This document shows, piece by piece, positions 48,347 to 56,660 of a stretch of DNA of 64,000 bases (the first letter of the stretch is position 1; every line of letters begins with the position of its first letter). The position numbers and the translations under genes were made by a program. Origin of the DNA: an uncultured virus (IMG/VR IMGVR_UViG_3300005356_000004) (Duplodnaviria > Heunggongvirae > Uroviricota > Caudoviricetes); IMG/VR virus record IMGVR_UViG_3300005356_000004. One strand, 5' to 3'. The notes beneath the pieces were generated by a model. That model was not told the DNA's origin, ran no database searches, and saw only the letters and a list, made by a program, of their open reading frames with translations.

Positions 48347-48763
48347 CTACCGACGAGCCGTCTGGGTCTGCTGGCGCTCGGCCTGCCGCTCCTCGGCTTC
48401 CTTCACCTTGTCGGGGTTGGCCTTCTTCCACTCTTCGATCTCGCGTTCTCCGGCCTCCCGAACCTGCTGAGCCTCCTTGTCGCGCTGCTCCTGCGCCTTG
48501 CGCTGGCGGTCGCTCATGTGCTCAGCCTGGGACTCCAGGTACTTCTCCTTCGCCGCTTCCGGCGTCGGCTCCGGCTGGTTGGGCATCGGGTTGGGCGGGA
48601 ACGCCGCCCCACCGGTCTGCGCCTGCCAGACCCTCGCCTCGACCTCGGCCTCCACATCAGCCAGCGAGCGCTTGTCGCCAGAGTTGACGGCCTGAGCGAC
48701 GGTGGCGTCCGCTTCGAGGTCCTTCTTGCGTTGAGCGGGAGTGCGATCCTCGCTGTCGGCCAT
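48347..48763 (-). CDS. charged helical hypothetical protein
   Basis: GAGGA SD; coding-like composition. Confidence 0.6.
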   Translation of the reverse strand: MADSEDRTPAQRKKDLEADATVAQAVNSGDKRSLADVEAEVEARVWQAQTGGAAFPPNPMPNQPEPTPEAAKEKYLESQAEHMSDRQRKAQEQRDKEAQQVREAGEREIEEWKKANPDKVKEAEERQAERQQTQTARR

Positions 48764-48880
48764 GTCATTCCTCCTGGTAGTTCGACTGGAAGTCGATGAC
48801 TACAACCGTAGCGTGTTCCATCTACCTGCTCACGTCTCCGACACGCTACCCCAGCGACAACGCGCCCCAAACCACTGACA

Positions 48881-48911
48881 TTGACACTAGGGTTCCGAAC
48901 CCTGCTACAGT
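48881..48911 (+). promoter_or_regulatory. promoter with a palindromic operator in its spacer
   Basis: TTGACA...AGGGTTCCGAACCCT-GC-TACAGT; ATG 7 nt after the -10. Confidence 0.65.
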
Positions 48912-48918
48912 GGCACTC

Positions 48919-49140
48919 ATGATCGGGTACAAGAACGAAGCACTGAAGCGGGTCGGCGTGAGCAAGCACCGGCTGATGTCCGGGCACTCGGAGACCTGTG
49001 TCGTGTGCGACAAGACACTGGTCCCCGGTGATCCGCCCCACACCTGCGCCGAGCACTCGGACTGGGAACTGGTCGTTGTTGACACCGACAGCCAAGGCAA
49101 GACCGAGCAGTACCTACTGGGTCACGAGAACGAGGACTGA
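48919..49140 (+). CDS. small Cys/His zinc-binding protein, probably leaderless
   Basis: CVVC...CAEH; has its own promoter against the direction of the late operon. Confidence 0.5.
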   Translation: MIGYKNEALKRVGVSKHRLMSGHSETCVVCDKTLVPGDPPHTCAEHSDWELVVVDTDSQGKTEQYLLGHENED

Positions 49141-49652
49141 GGGCTGATCCTCCGACCCCTCTTCTTGAACTGCGCCGAGTACTGGGGCATGGCAGACCAT
49201 ACCTCACGCTGCTCCGGCGTGTCCTCGGCCATGATGTCGCCCCGGCGGTTGCCCGGGTGGTACGGGTTGTTGCGGTCCCCGACATAGGCGCCCTTGCGAC
49301 TGATCTCCCCGTAGGCCATCTGCTCGTTGGCCAGCGTCGAGCGCCGGGCGGCAACCTCACCCCTCGGTGTGCGGGGGAACGCTGCTGGCACATCAAGGTT
49401 GCCCTCGTTCGCCGCCCAGCCACCGAGGTGCCGACCAGGCTGCATCAACGTCGTCTGGTTCGCCTCGGCGTAGGTCCGGATCGAGGACCCGGTCGACGGC
49501 AGCGCATGGGTGCCCTCCTGGACGTCCCGCTGGCCGACCATGAAGACGTTCCTGGGCTGCTCCCCGCCGCGGCGCATGTTCGCCGTGAACCCGCCGATGT
49601 CGGGGTCGTTGAGTTTGGCCGCGAGGCCCTCGAACTGCGCGTCGGAGAGCAT
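49122..49652 (-). CDS. hypothetical protein (GGFT...LGGW...LDV...EQ.A family)
   Basis: TGATG-coupled; MLSDAQF N-terminus. Confidence 0.7.
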   Translation of the reverse strand: MLSDAQFEGLAAKLNDPDIGGFTANMRRGGEQPRNVFMVGQRDVQEGTHALPSTGSSIRTYAEANQTTLMQPGRHLGGWAANEGNLDVPAAFPRTPRGEVAARRSTLANEQMAYGEISRKGAYVGDRNNPYHPGNRRGDIMAEDTPEQREVWSAMPQYSAQFKKRGRRISPQSSFS

Positions 49653-49948
49653 CAGACCTTCCGTTCGATCTGGCGCTTGCGAGCGTTCACCGCCCGCATT
49701 GCATCCGGCATCAACCGGGCGGGCATGAAAGTGTCCATCTTGGCCTCAGCCGCCTGCATCGCCTGGGGCTTGGGCTTCATCTGGATGAACGGGTTGACCG
49801 GGACCCACCTGTTGTCGCTGTACGGCTGCGGACGCCGGACCCCGAACTTGTAGGGGACAACAGTAGGGCGCCCCGGCCCGGGCGCCCCTCCTGCTGTCTT
49901 GGCGACCGTCGCGGGCTTCGCCACCGAACCGGTCTTGGCTGTTGCCAT
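49652..49948 (-). CDS. small basic hypothetical protein
   Basis: ORF tightly packed between its neighbours. Confidence 0.6.
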   Translation of the reverse strand: MATAKTGSVAKPATVAKTAGGAPGPGRPTVVPYKFGVRRPQPYSDNRWVPVNPFIQMKPKPQAMQAAEAKMDTFMPARLMPDAMRAVNARKRQIERKV

Positions 49949-49950
49949 GA

Positions 49951-50316
49951 TCAGTCAGGCACGTTGGCCCGGTTGATGCGGTGGATGCGGCCCTCGGAGC
50001 CGTACTCGCGCTCGAACGACGGCGGCATCATGCCGGTGTGAGCACCCTGGACGAACTCGGCCAGGAGGCTCGGTGCCTCGATCCACGTCGAGGAGCCGAG
50101 GTGAGCCCGCTCCTTCATGGTCTCGGCGGGCGACTTGGTGACCGTCGCCCAGCCGCCGTACTCCGTGCCCTGCGTGTCGCCGTAGGCGCCCTGCTGGAAG
50201 TCACGGGGGACATCGGTGTCGGTGGCGATGCCTTCCTCGAAACGCAGCGGACCGCGCCGACGCTGGTTGTCAGCAAGGTCGTACTCGTACTGGACCTCAG
50301 GATCGGGGTAGCCCAT
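49951..50316 (-). CDS. conserved phage protein between terminase and portal
   Basis: AAGGAG SD; RRGPLRFEEGIATDTDVP...ETMKERAH.GS..WIEAP. Confidence 0.75.
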   Translation of the reverse strand: MGYPDPEVQYEYDLADNQRRRGPLRFEEGIATDTDVPRDFQQGAYGDTQGTEYGGWATVTKSPAETMKERAHLGSSTWIEAPSLLAEFVQGAHTGMMPPSFEREYGSEGRIHRINRANVPD

Positions 50317-50357
50317 CAGCGTTCTCCTTGTTCGGCCGATCGGGGCGGATGATACAC

Positions 50358-51953
50358 CTACCGCTGCTGAGCGGCGTAGAAGGGGTTGTTGAATACCTCA
50401 ACAGAATCCACCTCTTCGACCTGACTCATCGACACGGCGATGGCCAGCGAGTCGGGGAAATCATCGTGCGCCTCGGTCTCATCTGGTGCTGTAACCAGCA
50501 TGTGACCCTGCTTGTACTCCTTCACCACGTCGGTCATCTGCTGCGTGAACCGGCGATGTGCCCTGGTCCGGCGGGCCTTGGAGTGGCCGGGGAAGACCAG
50601 CATGCGCCGGTCGACCATGTTCTGGAGGAACTTCCAGCGAGTCCCCTGGGCCTTCAGGTCGCTTGGTACCGGAACCACTTCCATGTGACTACCGAGCAAG
50701 GCAGCCAGGCGCTCGGCCACCGCCGAGCCCATGCCCTGGGCGTCCACACCGCACCGGGCGATGGCGTAGTGGCTCAGGAACTCAGCGATGGTGAAGTACT
50801 GCTCCTCCCACGGGACATTGGTCAACTCCAGCCAGTTGAGGATCCGGTGCTCCCGCAACCCGAAGGGATCCGGATACTCCCAGTCGACCCAGCACACCGT
50901 GACCACGGTGGAGTCCTTGATGCGCGCCACGTCGATTCCGGCAACACACGGCGAGCGGTACCACGACTTGACCAGTGGCATGGATCGGTCGGCCATCGAC
51001 TCCAGCACATCCTCGGTGACGAACTGGCCCCGCTCCAGAAGCCACTTGATGCAGTACGACATCTGGAACTCGTCGGAGTCCTCACCGAGGCGCAACTTCT
51101 CCTTGGCCACGAACTTCCCGTAGGACGGGTTGTACTTGGCGACGATCTTCCAGTCGTACTCGAAGTGGTTCTGGCGGACGCCCCGTCGCGTGCCCCGGCG
51201 CTTGTTCAGTTGGATCGAGCGGAAGAAGTCGCCCTTGACGTAGCCGGGCGTACCGATCTTGACGATGGTACCAGCGTAGGCAGCGAGCATCGGGTGGATC
51301 GACTTGCGCACCACGACGTCATCAACATCCTGTGCTTCATCCACCACGATGATGTGGTACGACGAGCCCTCGATCTTGGCCTTTGGGTTGGCTGTCTGCC
51401 GCCGGGCGAAGGAGCCGTTCTTCAGCCGGATCATCTTGCCGCGGCCGTCGACCTTGTCATCGATCTCGGGGTCGAGCATGAACTGCTGCGCCCGCTCGCT
51501 GGAGAGGCGGTCCACGATGCGCCCGTGGAGCAGTGTTGACTGATCATCGCTCGGCGCGAAGCAGCCCACCCACAGGCCCTTGGCGAAGCGCTTCATGATC
51601 TCGAACGACAGGGCCAACTTGGGGAACAGCACCATGCAGCCCGACAGCGTGTCCGCCAACGTCTCGGTCTTGCCCGACTGACGTGACAACAAGCCGCTCA
51701 GTTCCTCAGCGTCGTTGAGGATCAGGGACTCAACGATCCGGTAGGCGAACTCGTTCTGGTAGGGATGCAACCGCATCCCGGTGAACTCCTCGTTGAAGAT
51801 GAGAACCTTCGTCACCAACTGGTGGACGAAGGCCGTCGACTCCTCGTCCAGTTCAAGGACCGGCTCTTCGTCATAGTTCTCTTCGCCCTCGAAATCCTCG
51901 TCATAGATCTCCTCAGGCGGATCCTCTACGACCTCGTACAAAGGGGGCGGCAT
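50358..51953 (-). CDS. terL: terminase large subunit
   Basis: LHPYQ, SRQSGKT Walker A, IVVDEAQ Walker B, AGIDVAR and HDDFPDSLA nuclease motifs. Confidence 0.95.
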   Translation of the reverse strand: MPPPLYEVVEDPPEEIYDEDFEGEENYDEEPVLELDEESTAFVHQLVTKVLIFNEEFTGMRLHPYQNEFAYRIVESLILNDAEELSGLLSRQSGKTETLADTLSGCMVLFPKLALSFEIMKRFAKGLWVGCFAPSDDQSTLLHGRIVDRLSSERAQQFMLDPEIDDKVDGRGKMIRLKNGSFARRQTANPKAKIEGSSYHIIVVDEAQDVDDVVVRKSIHPMLAAYAGTIVKIGTPGYVKGDFFRSIQLNKRRGTRRGVRQNHFEYDWKIVAKYNPSYGKFVAKEKLRLGEDSDEFQMSYCIKWLLERGQFVTEDVLESMADRSMPLVKSWYRSPCVAGIDVARIKDSTVVTVCWVDWEYPDPFGLREHRILNWLELTNVPWEEQYFTIAEFLSHYAIARCGVDAQGMGSAVAERLAALLGSHMEVVPVPSDLKAQGTRWKFLQNMVDRRMLVFPGHSKARRTRAHRRFTQQMTDVVKEYKQGHMLVTAPDETEAHDDFPDSLAIAVSMSQVEEVDSVEVFNNPFYAAQQR

Positions 51954-51972
51954 GTTGCCGGAGACTACATGG

Positions 51973-52041
51973 GAGAAGCCCCCCGGGGAGGGAGACCGAC
52001 CCTCATCAGATGGGGGAGGCCAACGACCCGGGGGGCTTCTC
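51973..52041. repeat. perfect 15-bp inverted repeat with a structured 39-nt loop (terminator-like)
   Basis: GAGAAGCCCCCCGGG (51973-87) pairs with CCCGGGGGGCTTCTC (52027-41). Confidence 0.85.
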
Positions 52042-52091
52042 AACAACCGAGGCGGGCGGCGGATCCCACTTTCTCGGCGTTGATTCGCAGG

Positions 52092-52370
52092 TTACCGCTT
52101 CTTGGGAGCCTTGGCAAGAGGCTTGCGCTTGATGACCCGCTTGGGAGCGATGGCAGCCTCGATCTCGGCCGTGCGACCCTCCCTGGCCAGGCGGAACGCC
52201 TTCACGCCTCGCTCCAGCATGTCGTCATATGCATCGCCGTAGCGGCCTCTGGAGTGGGCCAACTTGGCCTCCAGGATCTCCTCCAGGAAACCGAACACGC
52301 CATTGTCGAGATCCACCACGAAGTAGGGGAACAGCGGGCTGTCCCAGTGCCGACGTGGTTCCGTCGTCAC
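52092..52370 (-). CDS. hypothetical protein
   Basis: GTGA coupling to the upstream gene. Confidence 0.6.
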   Translation of the reverse strand: MTTEPRRHWDSPLFPYFVVDLDNGVFGFLEEILEAKLAHSRGRYGDAYDDMLERGVKAFRLAREGRTAEIEAAIAPKRVIKRKPLAKAPKKR

Positions 52371-52723
52371 CGCTTAGCCGTGGTCTTCCGAGCCTTGGTA
52401 GCGACGGGGGCCTTGGAGATGCGGCCGTTGGACGAGCGCCTGCTGCGCACCGAGACAGCGACCGCTTCGGCTTCCTTCTTGTCCTTGCGGCGCTGGTAGG
52501 CGTTCTGCTGCTCCTGCATGCAAGCCGTGCCGTGGCAGCCGTTCTGGTACCGGAAGATCGAGGAGTCGGGGCACGTGGCCGAGTTGCGCTCGGGGTCGAT
52601 CGCGCACACGCCCTTCTGCCGGAGCACCAGCATCGGCTTGGCCTTGCGGCCGGGGCGCTCCAGGTTGAGGGTCTTCACCTGATCTTCCAGTGCCTTCACA
52701 CGCTGTTCCAACGTCTTGCTCAT
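52367..52723 (-). CDS. basic protein with Cys motif, probably leaderless
   Basis: YQNGCHGTAC; TACACT -10 at 52736-31 lies 7 nt before the ATG. Confidence 0.65.
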   Translation of the reverse strand: MSKTLEQRVKALEDQVKTLNLERPGRKAKPMLVLRQKGVCAIDPERNSATCPDSSIFRYQNGCHGTACMQEQQNAYQRRKDKKEAEAVAVSVRSRRSSNGRISKAPVATKARKTTAKR

Positions 52724-52779
52724 GATTCTCAGTGTAGCGAATCCTAAGGCGTTAGGGGAAGCAGGTTGCTAAGAAACTG

Positions 52780-52995
52780 TCACAGGCCTGCACGGTAGAG
52801 CAGCGCCCGCACGATCTCCCCAGCGTGCTCGATGTTTCGCAGCACCTCCTCCAGGGGGACTTCACCCTTGTAGATGCCGTTCGACGCTGTCATCAGAGCA
52901 GTGTCAGCAGCCGTTCGCAGGTCCGTGTCGCTCAGCCGGAGAAGACGTTTGTCAAAGTCGCCATTGACACTGACATCACGGCGCTTGAAGATCAC
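52780..52995 (-). CDS. hypothetical protein
   Basis: GTGA coupling; helical 71-aa ORF. Confidence 0.55.
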   Translation of the reverse strand: MIFKRRDVSVNGDFDKRLLRLSDTDLRTAADTALMTASNGIYKGEVPLEEVLRNIEHAGEIVRALLYRAGL

Positions 52996-53321
52996 GTCAT
53001 CCTCCGGCGTCGGACGACCTTGGTTTCAGGCTCAGGCGTGGTTCGACGCCGGAGGATCTTCTTGGGCGCCTCGACCTCGGCCTTCTTGGGCTCGTAGATG
53101 ACGACACGGGCCTCCATGTCGACCTCGGACTTCAGGACCATCTTCTTGCCGACCGGCTCGGCATCAACCCACGTGTAGGGGTTGCACTGGTCACAGGTGA
53201 CCCGCTCATCCCACCAGATGGTGGTGCAGTCCTTAGCCGTCTTCGTCGGAATGCTCAGCCCGCACCGTGTCACCGTCACCTTGGCGTCCGTCTTCCTCAG
53301 CAGGTGCATGACGTCGGGCAC
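52992..53321 (-). CDS. hypothetical zinc-binding protein
   Basis: H...TRCG...VTCDQC; GGAGG SD before the GTG. Confidence 0.6.
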   Translation of the reverse strand: MPDVMHLLRKTDAKVTVTRCGLSIPTKTAKDCTTIWWDERVTCDQCNPYTWVDAEPVGKKMVLKSEVDMEARVVIYEPKKAEVEAPKKILRRRTTPEPETKVVRRRRMT

Positions 53322-53574
53322 CCCATCCTCCGATCTCAGCAGCCTTGGCCTTGATGTTGTAACCACCCAACTGCTTCATAGCATCGGAGTTGGGGTTCGA
53401 CTTGCACCAACCGACCTGCACGGCGTTGTGACCACAGCGCATTCGGATACCACGGCCTCGGCGGTAGGGCGGGGCCAACTCACGGATCCATGCCGCCGAG
53501 AGCAGCATCTTCTCGGTCGTGGGCCGCTCGAAGGCGATGTAGAGCCGCCAGAGCCCGTAGATGCGCGTCCTCAT
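53233..53574 (-). CDS. hypothetical protein
   Basis: ATGA coupling; ELAPPYRRGRGI...GWC; 3' end overlaps the next gene. Confidence 0.55.
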   Translation of the reverse strand: MRTRIYGLWRLYIAFERPTTEKMLLSAAWIRELAPPYRRGRGIRMRCGHNAVQVGWCKSNPNSDAMKQLGGYNIKAKAAEIGGWGARRHAPAEEDGRQGDGDTVRAEHSDEDG

Positions 53575-54038
53575 CCGAACTCACTGGCGAACTCAGGGGC
53601 CGGGCGGTACGGGAACGAGTTGAGCGTGCTGTTGACAAATCGGCCCGGCGAGCCCGCCGAGCGGAACTCCTCCCACACAGCGAAGCCCACGGCGTCGTAG
53701 ACGTAGGGCGGGTAAGGCACACCACCAGGGCCGTTGACCCACTCGACTCGCAGTTCCTGTCGGCTCGGGCTGTACATGGCAGCATTCACCCGGCTGGAAC
53801 CGAAGGAAGCCCGCTGCCAGTCGTCCTCGAAGTCGGCATCGTAGATGGCGACCTGCTCGTGGATGCGCTTGCGGGTGCTCGTCCTGTCAATGTCAACAAC
53901 TCCGGGCGACGACTTCCCCTTGGCACCGTGCGCCGAGCGTCGGTAGTGGCCATAGCCCTGATACCCCTGCGCCACGGCTCGCTGCGAGCGCCGGGCGTAC
54001 TCAGCGGCATAGTTACGTGCCCTCGCCAATGAACCCAC
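53571..54038 (-). CDS. KTSC-domain protein
   Basis: SSRVNAAMY....ELRVEW..G...YVY..V...VWEEFRSAGSPGRFVN matches the KTSC pattern. Confidence 0.8.
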   Translation of the reverse strand: MGSLARARNYAAEYARRSQRAVAQGYQGYGHYRRSAHGAKGKSSPGVVDIDRTSTRKRIHEQVAIYDADFEDDWQRASFGSSRVNAAMYSPSRQELRVEWVNGPGGVPYPPYVYDAVGFAVWEEFRSAGSPGRFVNSTLNSFPYRPAPEFASEFG

Positions 54039-54282
54039 CTCCCCAGCGGAAGACGATGTTCTCCAGGATGGAGTCTCGCTGCTCCGGGAACATCGTGGTC
54101 ATCTCCCGGATGATAGCCGTCCGGTTTACTGTTTCCTGTAGCAGCGTTACCAGGTGCTGCGCCTCGTCCTCAGTCAGCAGGGCCACATCGTGTGGCTCGG
54201 CCGTCTTGATCTCGATGCCGATGAAGATCTCGCCGTCGTCAGCGAACGACAGCGTGAGGGAGAACCCATCCGGCCGGATCAT
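54013..54282 (-). CDS. hypothetical protein
   Basis: ORF in a packed minus-strand run. Confidence 0.55.
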   Translation of the reverse strand: MIRPDGFSLTLSFADDGEIFIGIEIKTAEPHDVALLTEDEAQHLVTLLQETVNRTAIIREMTTMFPEQRDSILENIVFRWGGGFIGEGT

Positions 54283-54285
54283 GGC

Positions 54286-54390
54286 CTAGTCCAGCAGCAG
54301 GCCGATCCAGAAGATCCCGATGACGACGAGGACTGCCACCAGCAGGGCGACGACCAGGCAGTACGCAGCAAGGCCGAGCGTCGCCGCCAT
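54286..54390 (-). CDS. small single-pass membrane peptide
   Basis: MAATLGLAAYCLVVALLVAVLVVIGIFWIGLLLD fills the gap; start uncertain. Confidence 0.45.
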   Translation of the reverse strand: MAATLGLAAYCLVVALLVAVLVVIGIFWIGLLLD

Positions 54391-54454
54391 CCGGATGAGC
54401 ACGCTTCCTTCGTCACGGTTCGGATCTTCCCACCTCACCCATCCAGTGTGCCCA

Positions 54455-54790
54455 TCAAGCGGCCCCTCCAGTCGGGAAATGGGGACAGCCTTTCACGTGG
54501 GTGTAAACGACCGGCGCCTTGATGTTACGACACATGCACATGTCAACCATCACTTTCGGCCTGGCCATCTCCGGATGACTCCACGCCTGGTAGTCCTGCC
54601 GCGGGTGGAAGCCGAGATCCCGGCCAGCCTTGCAGATCCAGCACGGGCAGGCCTGCATGTCCCAGTGCTGCGTCATGATGATCTCGATGATCTTCTGGGA
54701 CTCCTCCTGGAGGACCACCACGGTGGTGGCTGTGTCCATCAACATCTGAGCCCAGGAACGGTTCTCTTCGGTGTTGTCATCAACCGTCAC
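54455..54790 (-). CDS. Cys-rich hypothetical protein
   Basis: CPCWIC and CMC...H..GCP; GTGA coupling. Confidence 0.55.
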   Translation of the reverse strand: MTVDDNTEENRSWAQMLMDTATTVVVLQEESQKIIEIIMTQHWDMQACPCWICKAGRDLGFHPRQDYQAWSHPEMARPKVMVDMCMCRNIKAPVVYTHVKGCPHFPTGGAA

Positions 54791-54993
54791 AGTACGAACC
54801 CTCTCAGTCCGGCGTCCTTCAGACGGGCCACGATCTCTTGGCGCAGGCCGTCATGTCGCTCCCGCAGTGCTCGCAACTCCTCATCGAGCGCCTGATACTC
54901 CTCGATCAGTTGCTCGATGGTCTTGGAAGGTTGAGCGGCGGTCTTGGGAGGTTGCTTGGGTTGCGCGGCGACGGCCCGCCGCCTAGTAGCCAT
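54787..54993 (-). CDS. small coiled-coil protein
   Basis: Heptad pattern LIEEYQALDEELRALRERHDGLRQEI. Confidence 0.6.
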   Translation of the reverse strand: MATRRRAVAAQPKQPPKTAAQPSKTIEQLIEEYQALDEELRALRERHDGLRQEIVARLKDAGLRGFVL

Positions 54994-55056
54994 GTGCGCA
55001 GTGGCTAACAGGTCGACGGACCGTCTGTCAATACGGTACCCGAAGAATCAGTAGGA

Positions 55057-55812
55057 TCAGTAGGTGCTCCAGGCCCCCCAACCCGACACGTGGTAGATGT
55101 GCACCGCACAGCGGAGGTTGAAATCCGGATCGAACAGGTCCGACCGGCTCCCCCCACAGTCGTCGGCCCACATAGGCATGATCTGCATGAGTCCGGAAGC
55201 ACCCGAACGGTTGTAGGCACCGGGCTGGCAGTTGGACTCTCGCCACATGAGGCGATCAACAGTTGGCCACTGAGAAGCCGTGAAGCCCGCTCGGAGTGCG
55301 TTGTCAGACCACTGTGAGCAACGCCCGCTCAGCGTTGGAGCGGACACCTGCTCGGGCTCGGGCGCTGGAGCCGGTGCTGCGGGAGCGACGTAGGCCTTCT
55401 GAGCCTGCGAGACGTCCCACCACCAGACCCCGTCGACCGGTCCAGAGTACAAACCCTGATCGATCGCCGCCTGCTGGAAGCGCTTGACAGCGTTCTCGGT
55501 CTGGAGACCGAACCAGGCATCCGATGGGCCGGGCCGGAACCCGTTCTCCCGGAGCCAGGTCTGCATGATCGCCGTCCACGGGTTGTTCCGTGTGCCATAG
55601 AGCGGCATGCCAGTCCCGAAGGGATCGGCTACCTCCGGAGCCGCGGCGACCACAGGAGTCGCCTCGGATGAGGGTGGTTGGGGTGCCTCACCGATCATCG
55701 TGGTCGGTTGCTCAGGTGACGTCTCTTGTGCGGCAGCAGGGTTGCTGTCGTCAACAAGATTGGCGGCAAAGGCTGCACTCATGAGCACAGCGAGGATTAG
55801 CAGTCGCCTCAC
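55057..55812 (-). CDS. secreted lytic transglycosylase with peptidoglycan-binding domain
   Basis: Signal peptide MRRLLILAVLMSAAFAA; PG_binding_1-like D..FGLQTENAVKRFQ; SLT motifs RESNC...GASGLMQI...LFDPDFNL...GWGAW. Confidence 0.9.
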   Translation of the reverse strand: MRRLLILAVLMSAAFAANLVDDSNPAAAQETSPEQPTTMIGEAPQPPSSEATPVVAAAPEVADPFGTGMPLYGTRNNPWTAIMQTWLRENGFRPGPSDAWFGLQTENAVKRFQQAAIDQGLYSGPVDGVWWWDVSQAQKAYVAPAAPAPAPEPEQVSAPTLSGRCSQWSDNALRAGFTASQWPTVDRLMWRESNCQPGAYNRSGASGLMQIMPMWADDCGGSRSDLFDPDFNLRCAVHIYHVSGWGAWSTY

Positions 55813-55862
55813 GACGGTTCTCCTTGTTGTGTTGACAAACCCGTTTCGTCACGGGATCGCAA

Positions 55863-55894
55863 CACTCTACGGGTTCGGAATCTTGAAGGTCAAG
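55863..55894 (-). promoter_or_regulatory. promoter of the transglycosylase gene with an operator-like spacer
   Basis: TTGACC-18 nt (containing AAGATTCCGAACCCG)-TAGAGT on the minus strand. Confidence 0.6.
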
Positions 55895-56189
55895 TCACGA
55901 GCGGATCTTCACCGTGCCACTCGATGACGTCCATCGCCGTAGCAAGCCGCAGCAAGACGTTGTTGCCCAGCGAGTAGAAGCCGAAGCACACCGGGTTGAT
56001 CTTCTCACCAAGATGATGGTGACAAGGGATGGCACCCATATCTCCACACTCCTTGATCATGGAAGCAACTCGCTCAGCATCGACTGGACTCTTGTTACCA
56101 AAGATGCATGTAGCACACTGCTTGCGCCGAACGTGGACCTTGGTGCCGTCGAAGATCTGGTGCTTCTTCTTGCGCGTCACCTCAGGCAT
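55890..56189 (-). CDS. Cys/His-rich hypothetical protein
   Basis: QCATCIF...IPCHH...VCFGF. Confidence 0.65.
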   Translation of the reverse strand: MPEVTRKKKHQIFDGTKVHVRRKQCATCIFGNKSPVDAERVASMIKECGDMGAIPCHHHLGEKINPVCFGFYSLGNNVLLRLATAMDVIEWHGEDPLVT

Positions 56190-56656
56190 CCGCGGAGATG
56201 CCGACTCAGATACCCAACCCCCACAGAGCGGCCACAACGAGGACAAGGTGTTGTCACTCTTGCCCTCGATGGCCGCTGCTGATTGTTCCGGCGGTACTTC
56301 GCTTGACGACAAGCGCTGCACATCTCTCCTGGGACCTTCGGGTGCAGTCCATTGGCACACAGCGCATTGGCAGCATGATGAATCGTCCGGTGCTCAGAAT
56401 CTGTAACCGGTACCAGATGTCTTAGGTTTACACACCACTTGTTGCCGCAGGTGTGGTGGAGATCTTGTCCTTCAGGGATCGGTCCCACCAGATGTTCATA
56501 CACCACACGATGTGCCATTCGGTACAGGTTCTCCTTGTTCGGACCACGCCCGACGTAGCACATGCTGTAACCAGTAACAGACTTAGCACCATCCCAAAGC
56601 CAGCAACCCCGTCCTTTGATGATTCGGTCTTCAACCGGCCTTACAGGTGGTGCCAT
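56177..56656 (-). CDS. HNH homing endonuclease
   Basis: CWLWDG...GY...AHRVVYE...GPIPEG..LHHTCGNKWCVN..HL; C-terminal C..G.H...C..C. Confidence 0.9.
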   Translation of the reverse strand: MAPPVRPVEDRIIKGRGCWLWDGAKSVTGYSMCYVGRGPNKENLYRMAHRVVYEHLVGPIPEGQDLHHTCGNKWCVNLRHLVPVTDSEHRTIHHAANALCANGLHPKVPGEMCSACRQAKYRRNNQQRPSRARVTTPCPRCGRSVGVGYLSRHLRGCLR

Positions 56657-56660
56657 CGCA

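Noticed and set aside
51988..52026. CUGAUGAG on the minus strand, resembling a hammerhead ribozyme core
   Set aside because: The following hairpin is not followed by GAAA, and no stem I/III with a UH cleavage site can be built.
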